From Saccostrea echinata (lineage: Eukaryota), in contig NW_026889761.1 of NCBI RefSeq assembly GCF_033153115.1, forward strand, positions 24,118,001-24,182,000: a stretch of DNA of 64,000 bases. The letters run 5' to 3'. Shown here piece by piece: positions 55,901 through 64,000 of the stretch. The notes under the pieces were generated by a model, which saw only the letters and a program-made list of their open reading frames with translations, ran no database searches and had not been told where the DNA came from. A program made the translations under genes and the position numbers. Each line of letters starts with the position of its first letter. Position 1 is the first letter of the stretch.

Positions 55901-58900
55901 GGGCACATATTTAGGAAAACTTGGTGATTTGCCTACCCAACCACTCAACAGTGAATCCCATTCCATGGACAAAGAAATAAATAGTCCAGGGGTGAGTGGA
56001 TCTGTGGACAAACAAACTGCTAACAATAGTGGGTCCATGGGTACACAGATAACTAAGAACAGTGGATCTATAGATACACAAATAACTAACAACAGTGGAT
56101 CTATAGAAACACAAATATCTAACAACACAGACAGTTCTGAGAAAATCCCTGTATCAAGTGAATCCAGCCATAACAATGACCTCCTCCACTCAAACAATTC
56201 TGTTCCGCAAACTGCCATAGAATCAGATTGCTCCAATAGAGATGAAAGTGGGGGTTTTAAAAAAGATCATTGTATGGATGTAGAGGTACATATGGATGTA
56301 GATCTTGTGAATAGTGTAGACTCAGGTTTAAAGGGAAGTGGAGATGTGGAAAAGTGTGCAGATGATACTGATATTGTGAAAATTTTACCTGGAGATGAAT
56401 TAGGACATCTTGAAGAAGTAAGGATACATGATCATCCTTACATGGAAAATTCTCAATCTCTCAATAACAGTAAAGAACAAGTCCCTCTGCAAACTCAACA
56501 AAATCCACAACTGAAATCAACAACAAAATCAAAAAGGTCCAAATCAAAGAGACAAAGTAAAGGCAGGGAGAAACCTCCAAAAGAGAAGACTCCAGTCAGA
56601 CAGAAAAGTATGAACAGGTTTGTAGAACTGGTTCCTGAGGACCAGTTCCGCAGTAAGAACATTTTCGACCACACAGAGTCTTTGGCTCCTAGAAACTTCT
56701 TTGAGTGTATCTGTGGTACAGCCAATGACTCAAGGAAGGTCAATAGGTCGCGAACCCAGCTACACAGGGTTCAGTGTGTGACTTGTGGTCTATATCAGCA
56801 TGCAGAGTGTGTGGGTTATGACCTTCAGGATCCATTTAGGGGGCAGTACAGATGTCCTCACTGCCTTGTCTTAGCAGTAAGTCTCCATTAAATTAAGTCA
56901 TTCAAGTAATAATATAGAAAAGTCCTTTAACTTTTTTAATTGGTCAATGAAAATAATTTAGTTTTTTTAGTGATCTGGCGTAAGTTTCTATTGAAAACTT
57001 TTTTGCAGGAGCCAATTAAATCAGGAGCCACCTTAATAATCTCCCCAGCAGCAATAAGTCATCAGTGGACAGAGGAGATCCAGAAACACATCAAAAGAGA
57101 ATCCCTCAAAGTCTTTGTCAGTACATGTTTTTACCCCCATACATATCTAATTCCTGTTGAACAATTACTTATCCATAAAAATAGATTGAATTTGTCAGCT
57201 GTTTTATTTTGCTTCATTTGATTACTCATTGTAAAACTTTCCAAACAAAAGGTATACAATGGTGTTAACAAGCAGAGGTTTATCCAACCGATGATGTTAG
57301 CAAGACAGGATATTGTAATCACGTCATACGAAACCCTCCGCAGTGAGATCAACTATGTAGACCTACCTCACAGTAATAGTACGTACCAATCAGACAGTTA
57401 ATACTGCACTAAAATAAGTTTTTATTGATTGTTAAAGTTCACAAATGACAATTTTTTCTCCGTCTTAAGGTGAGAATGGAAGAAAGTTCCGACATCCCAA
57501 ACGCTTCATGGCCACACCTAGTCCTATCACTGCTGTAGAGTGGTGGAGGGTAAGGGGTACTGGCTTCTTATAACACATTCTACAATATACATCTTAACAT
57601 TCTACATATTGAGATCTATTTAATTTTATGCTCCTTATCTGAATGGACTCATCTAAATCTATATGAAATTTTGTTGAGATCTGTGTATTTTATTTTGGTT
57701 CTCCTTTTCTGAGTAGATATGTCTGGATGAAGCTCAGATGGTGGAGTGTACTACAACCAAGGTATGTCTGCCTCTCAATTTCTAATTAAAAACTTTTGAC
57801 AAAAACATGGAGTGAAATGATTCAAAATTATTTCTGAACTTTATTCCTGGGATATTTTAAATTTCAGACAGCTGAAATGGCTCTGCGACTGAGTGCTGTA
57901 AATAGGTGGTGTGTAACAGGCACGCCAATACAGAAAAGTATTGAAGGTGATGTTTGGAATGAAATATTATTGTCAAATATTAAAGATATTATTATTTATT
58001 ATTGTTTTCCGTAATGATACTTTTAAAATGTGTCTTTAAAACTGGAGTTATCTAAGAGATAACATGCAGTTTTCTTTTTTTGCCAGAATGATTAAGGTAC
58101 TGGAAAGTATTGTTGTCTGTCTGTCTTTCTCTCCATTATCCCTGTTTTTTTTTTTTTTACGACAGATCTTTATGGCCTGCTGTTGTTCTTAGGGGTGGAT
58201 CCATACTGGGTCAAGCAGTGGTGGACCAAACTACTGTATGAACCTTTCTGTTATGGGAAGAAGGAAGCCATGATTGATCTGGTCTCCAAGGTGATGTGGA
58301 GGACGGCGAAACATGACGTCCTTAATCAGGTCAGTACACATGAAGAAGGAAAGTAACTAATGTTTCAAAATTCATTGTTACTGTACTAAACTTGTAATTC
58401 AAATTATCCATTTTACGATTTTAGTGTTATTAGTGGGACTGTGAATTGGACTTTGACATTTTTTCAGATCAACATTCCTAAGCAGACGGAGCATGTTCAT
58501 TGGCTGACATTTTCTCCTGTGGAGGACCATTTCTACAGACGACAATATACCATCAGCATCCGCGACTCCATGAAGGTCAGTCTCACACATAACTCTTGTG
58601 GCACTCTCATAGAGATAAAAGCTGACACATAACAGATGTTTTAATTTCTTTTCAGAAGCTAGATAAGTGGAGAGACCCCACTGTAAAGCTTAGTAGCCTG
58701 GATAGAGCCACTGCTAATCAGGTACGTTCATATCTTAAATTCCAACATGCTGGGTTGTTGTGGGCACCACAAAGTGAGCATTAAGAACCTATGCACCTTC
58801 TGTGCACATAATTTATTTTGTCCTTTTTTTTAATGTACAAATGATAGTAACAATTGCCTTATGATTCACAAAGATGCAGTTCGATGAAACTCTAAAACTA

Positions 58901-61900
58901 TGAAAGGGACTTTGTCATGGTTTTTTATTGTTTTATTTGCTTTTACTTACATTATTTACAAGAGTATACATGTATTCTCTGTTGTTAGTTGTTTGGTTGT
59001 TGTTATTTTCATAATATTTATATTGTTGTTGTTTCTGTTGTCAGTTGCTGGGTCCCCTGCTCAGACTACGTCAGGCTTGTTGTTATCATATTGTACATTG
59101 TTGTTGTTCTGTCGTCAGTTGTTGGGTCCCCTGCTCAGACTACATCAGACTTGTTGTCATCATATTGTACATTGTTGTTGTTCTGTTGTCAGTTGTTGGG
59201 TCCCATGCTCAGACTACACCAGACTTGTTGTCATCATATTGTACATTGTTGTTGTTCTCTTGTCAGTTGTTGGGTCCCCTGCTCAGATTACGTCAGGCTT
59301 GTTGTCATCATATTGTACATTGTTGTTGTTCTCTTGTCAGTTGTTGGGCTCCCTGCTCAGATTACGTCAGGCTTGTTGTCATCATATTGTACATTGTTGT
59401 TGTTCTGTTGTCAGTTGTTGGGTCCTCTGCTCAGATTACGTCAGGCTTGTTGTCATCATATTATACATTGTTGTTGTTCTGTTGTCAATTGCTGGGTCCC
59501 CTGCTCAGATTACGTCAGGCTTGTTGTCATCATATTATACATTGTTGTTGTTCTGTTGTCAGTTGCTGGGTCCCCTGCTCAGATTACGTCAGGCTTGTTG
59601 TCATCATATTGTACATTGTTGTTGTTCTGTTGTCAGTTGCTGGGTCCCCTGCTCAGATTACGTCAGGCTTGTTGTCATCATATTATACATTGTTGTTGTT
59701 CTGTTGTCAGTTGCTGGGTCCCCTGCTCAGACTTCGTCAGGCTTGTTGTCATCCTCAGGCAGTTAAAGGAGAATTCCTGCCTCTCCATCTCAGACGAAGG
59801 TCAGTTACACAACAACAAAAATTTTTTTTATCCTAGTATCAAGTCTTTGAAAATATTCTTAACAGCTATGCATTATAGATGTTACGTGTTATCAATACAT
59901 CCCATTTGCCATTACATGTGTATTTGAATTTCTTGGTTTGCAATGGTAAAGTTACCTGATGATGCAAATAAAGCTAATATTATTACAGTGCAATGACGAT
60001 GGAGGAATTGTTAGAGTCCCTCACCAAGAAGACGAGGACAGAGTGCGAGGAGAGTCATCGATTGTTGATTGCAGCTTTTAATGGTCTGGCTGGTTGGTAC
60101 ATCATTAATGAACAGGTATAATGAAAAACCATGAGTCATATGTCAGTAGTATATGTAAATGTATACAGTTGACAGCATCATTAATGTTCATTCAGTTATT
60201 TCTACATCTGAAAAATATCCTGCAAGTCCCCTCTCTCCCATCCTTACCCCTTCTTAAAAATTTACATGTATATTATGCAATAATTAGGGCCCCGCAAGGA
60301 TTTGCGGGTGCCCTATAGTAATCACTCTGTCTGTCCGTCTGTCTGTCTGTCCGTCTGTCATTCTTCCATCCACAAATTTTCTGTTTTTTTCTAATAACTT
60401 TTTTTAGAGTTGACCAATTAAGTTCAAATTTGGTATGTTGGTTGATAGGCAGTAAGACATATTTTGATGCTAAGTTTGGTTCTCTATGTCATCTGGTTTG
60501 GAGCTGGGGTGGTGGGGTAGATTCCTTTACTTTATATAAGAGTGAATCGGCAAAGAGAGATAACTGCTGAGAATGTTCCTATTGTAAACTATGAAAGGCT
60601 GCAATGAGTCTCTTGGGATTATTTAACTTTTCTCTTGAAGAAAATCCAAAGCATTTATCTTTATCTGTCACATTGAGATTAATTAACACCTCTGTCGTCA
60701 AATGAAGTTTGTTTTGAAGTTAAGGTCAATTCTGAATGATGTTTACATTCTCTGATATGTGGATTTAAATAATGTTCATACTTTATTTTGGTAAAATACA
60801 CAATGAGTTATTTATGATTTTGTTGAAAACAAGATATAGATAAAGATATCTTTTTTATAATTATTTTCTTTTTTTTCTTTCTTTTTTCTGCCTTATGTAA
60901 ATTCAAGAATACTATTTATTTTAAGAGGTAATCAGATAATAACCTCATTCTATCATTGCTGAAAAAGTTCTTGTAAATTTAGAAGAAAAGGTTGAGAGAG
61001 CAGTATAATTAATCCCCTGGGATTAATTATCTTGCTGGTTGCAGAAAATTTTAGAGGGTTGTGTTTCTGTCATTTTAAGATTAATTAACACCTTTGTCTG
61101 CAACTGATGTTTGTTTTGAAGTTAAGGTCAAGCCTGGGTGATATTTGCATTCACTGAAGACTGGCATTTTAGAAAACACATGCTTCATTCTTCTTTAAAT
61201 ATACATTTAATTGAGTCATTATAGATATGATGTTTTTTCTGCCTTATGTAAATACAAGGATACTATTTACAGGTTGTTGGATATTTAGCAGTTGCAGTTG
61301 CTTATTCTTCTTTATATATTTTTAAATTTTTATAATCAAGTAAAATTCTCATCCCGTAATCTGCACCCTTATATTTCTACCCCTCAGCGGGGCCCTTGCT
61401 GACTGGTCAGATTTCTAGTTTTTTATTATAAATGAGATCGAGTTGTGTTATCAAAATTTAGAATGCCTCTCTGTTTTCCTTCAACTTGCATTAAGAGAAA
61501 GGTTTTGATGAAATATTAGAGAGGTTGAGATTTTAAACTTGTACTCGTATGTGTACGTGTGCACAAACTTTGACGTACACGTACACATTTTTTGTAATTT
61601 GTCTGTTGAGATTTTAATGACGTGTAACATGAACATGTAGACTGTAATCGGTGTCTCTGTTTCCACTATTTAGTAGTTTTGTGACATTAGTTTGACTTTA
61701 GTTAGTGAACAAAACATGGTTAAAATAAGTGTTCATGAAACTTAACATCCTAAATAATTAACAACAATAACAGTTTCACACATAAATTGACTAGTTTTTA
61801 TTGAAAAAGCTACACTGTACAAGTTTACACCTACGTGTAGATGCCTTTTTACAAGTTGTAGGAACGTGTAGAAAACTTATCAACGCCAAAACTGATGACG

Positions 61901-63647
61901 TAATACGCAAGAAATTTAGGGAATTCCCCTACTAGAAGTACACGTACACGTATGAAATCTCAACCTCTCTATTACTTAAAGAAATTTAAACCTATCTGAT
62001 GTTGAAAACAATCTAAGTGGTGATGCTTGTTAATGCAATAAGCGAATGTGTTTAGATTGAGCAAGCATACTCTGTGAGATATATTTATCGATTTTTTTTA
62101 TCCCCCAAGTTTGTTGATGCTGTTGAGATGTATAGGGAGGTCCTGAGGTCAGTTGTGGAACACAAAGATCGTTTCCGTACCGACGACCTCCAACAACTTC
62201 ATGCCATGTACAACCTTGATGAGATGTTGCAGTCCAAACCTGAAGGGGTCCAGCCAACACTCAGAGATGGACAGCTCAAAGAACAGGTAAATGGTGCAGC
62301 AGTTTAATTCAACTAATATGTTGCTGCAATAAATAGCCCTCTCCTACTTTTTTTTCAAATAAGATAAAAAAAGATGGAGAGGGCTACATTATTGTAGCTT
62401 AAGTTATGATGGATAAAGGTTGGTGTAAATATGATTTTTAGTGATAAAATGCCCCCCCCCCCCCCCCTAAAAAAAACATTTGATGTATTATATACTGTAT
62501 GTTATTAGATGGAGGAACTAAAAGTGAAATACTTGACAAAGTCCAGAACTGTAGTCCACTCTGTAAATGACCAGCTGGCCCCAGTTACACAGAGTCTTCA
62601 GGACCTGCAGAGGGAGGTCAGTATTTAAGATGTGGAAAAAATTAGACTCCACATGCTCTTAGAGGAAGGGAGACAAAGATATTACGCTTATTTACATGTG
62701 TAATTTTGCACTTTTAATAGGTACAATATATCTAAGTAGTAAACAGCACAAGGCAAAGAATCTCACAAGAAAACATCCTAGAAAGTCATGATAGTCAAAT
62801 AGTCACAAATTAGACACTTGAGTTGTAGAAATTGTGCATTGAAAGATGAAATCAAAACCTTGTGCTACATTTAAAATCTAAAGTGCATTTACCGTATATA
62901 CTCGCTCATAAGTCAGTCTGCCTATAGGTCGGTTGTATATTTGAGGTTAGTTTGGAGGGATTTGCCATTGACCCGCTTATAAGTTGGTACAGCTTTTTTT
63001 GCCAGAATCAGTTGATAATTTCAAATCAATGCTCTGATCTTTTAACCTGGTTTCAATTTACATTTTAAGAAATGACGCTGATATGTAATTTTGAATAATT
63101 AAAAAAATAAGTAATGCACACTTAAGATAAAAATAAAGTTATGAAAATATGTAAATACTTATACCTTTACATGTGTTAATGCACAATCTTAGAATACATA
63201 AATGATATAAAATTTCCAGATAATTGTGGGAAATGTTTATAAAATACTAAATTTCGCCATCCAGAAAAATACAAATCTTTTTATGACTTACCTATAAGTT
63301 GGACACAGAGTTTTGGATCAAAATTTAATTCCCCCAAAAACTGACTTATAGGTGAGTAAATATTGTAAATCAGCAGAAATAAAGACTAAGTTGAACAAGT
63401 GCAAGTCTGTAAAAATGTGTTGTAGGAGGGATTATTATTTCTATAGTAAAGATTTCCTTATAAAGCCATATGTTCAGTCATTTAAGTCATAATTGCTATC
63501 TTTGTAGTTCATGGAGGGTCAGGAATGGTGGCTAGAGGTGATCCAGTTAGCAGCTCAGAGAGACATTGATGACAGATTGATTGACCATGTGAAAAATGAC
63601 CTTAGTAACCAACAGACTAGTGTACTGTCAATCTCGATGGCAGGGGC
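52948..63647 (+). CDS. SHPRH: E3 ubiquitin ligase / SNF2 helicase SHPRH, 5' part; continues beyond window end
   Basis: Exons 52948-53505, 53937-54138, 54373(or 54391)-54600, 54948-55029, 55176-55338 ([15 protein letters not shown]), 55656-56876 (PHD), 57009-57116, 57252-57378, 57470-57549, 57717-57761 ([10 protein letters not shown]), 57868-57946 ([10 protein letters not shown]), 58166-58329, 58468-58575, 58656-58721, 59711-59799 ([14 protein letters not shown]), 59989-60115, 62110-62286, 62509-62616, 63508-63647; phases consistent. Confidence 0.93.
54658..54895. mobile_element. Tc1/mariner-type MITE
   Basis: TA-CTGTAGATC ... GATTTACAG-TA termini. Confidence 0.55.
59014..59753 (+). repeat. 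74-bp tandem repeat of an SHPRH splice acceptor plus exon start (9 extra copies)
   Basis: Unit = ~31 nt intron end (atattgtacattgttgttgttctgttgtcAG) + 43 nt exon (ttgctgggtcccctgctcagattacgtcaggcttgttgtcatc); exon starts at 59045+74n up to the real exon at 59711. Confidence 0.95.
60283..61420 (+). mobile_element. Helentron/DINE-like non-autonomous element
   Basis: agggccccgc..gcgggtgccct head, (gtct/gtcc)n, tail gcggggccct-tgctgactggtcagatttctagtt. Confidence 0.7.
61516..61973. mobile_element. MITE
   Basis: TIR agagaggttgagattt / aaatctcaacctctct. Confidence 0.7.
62890..63367. mobile_element. Tc1/mariner (pogo-like) non-autonomous element
   Basis: TA-CCGTATATACTCGCTCATAAGTCAG / CTGACTTATAGGTGAGTAAATATTG-TA imperfect TIRs. 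Confidence 0.6.
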
Positions 63648-63925
63648 GTAAGTAGTCATAGTAACTACATATTAGTGTACAGTCAGTTTCCATGGCAGGG
63701 GTTTAAGGAGTCAAAGTAACAACAGACTAGTGTACTGGTAGTTTCCATTTTGGTAAGGAGTAAAGGGAGAGGGCTTATTTTCATTAGTTACCCAAGGTTA
63801 ATGTACAATCATTCTCCATGGTTATGGCTAAAAAAGTCATTAGTAACTACTGTACAAACTTTTAAAATCATATGCAACCACAGACTTAGTAGTCTTAGTG
63901 TCCAAGGCAATGGCACAAGTAGTTA
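63603..63925 (+). repeat. Decayed ~55-bp tandem repeat of an SHPRH exon end and donor
   Basis: tagtaac.aacagactagtgtac..tc...c.atggcagggg.|gtaag.agtca x3, then progressively degenerate copies. Confidence 0.75.
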
Positions 63926-64000
63926 ATGCTCCATTGTTGAAGAAGGCTTGGGGTGCTGAAAAGGGGAGAACATAAGTAAAGAGGTCTTGGAAAAATAAAG

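Noticed and set aside
58900-59927. Three long Cys-rich hydrophobic ORFs (263-312 aa)
   Set aside because: By-product of the stop-free 74-bp junction repeat inside an SHPRH intron; not an independent gene

Overview
AT-rich, intron-containing animal genomic DNA. The repeat families (Helentron-like elements with ~160-170 bp central satellites) suggest a bivalve, probably an oyster; this is inference. Seven host genes can be reconstructed exon by exon: the 5' end of SCAF4/8 (-), MANEA (+), ZC4H2 (+), EIF1A (-), a small RING + His/Pro-rich gene (-), Akirin (-) and the 5' part of SHPRH (+). The middle (~25.7-46.7 kb) is a nest of transposons. It includes a young, intact Ty3/Gypsy LTR retrotransposon (1102-bp LTRs, CCTA TSD, tRNA-Lys PBS, -1 gag-pol frameshift signal) inserted in a TTAA-flanked DNA element, and a ~160-bp satellite with higher-order structure. 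The most unusual signal is that several unrelated genes carry tandem arrays made of copies of their own exon-intron junction (SHPRH acceptor, 74 bp x9; EIF1A donor, 53-55 bp x12-15; ZC4H2 donor, 25 bp x7; decayed cases in SHPRH and MANEA). This creates batteries of decoy or alternative splice sites. Two N gaps lie at 24618-24784 and 25269-25407.
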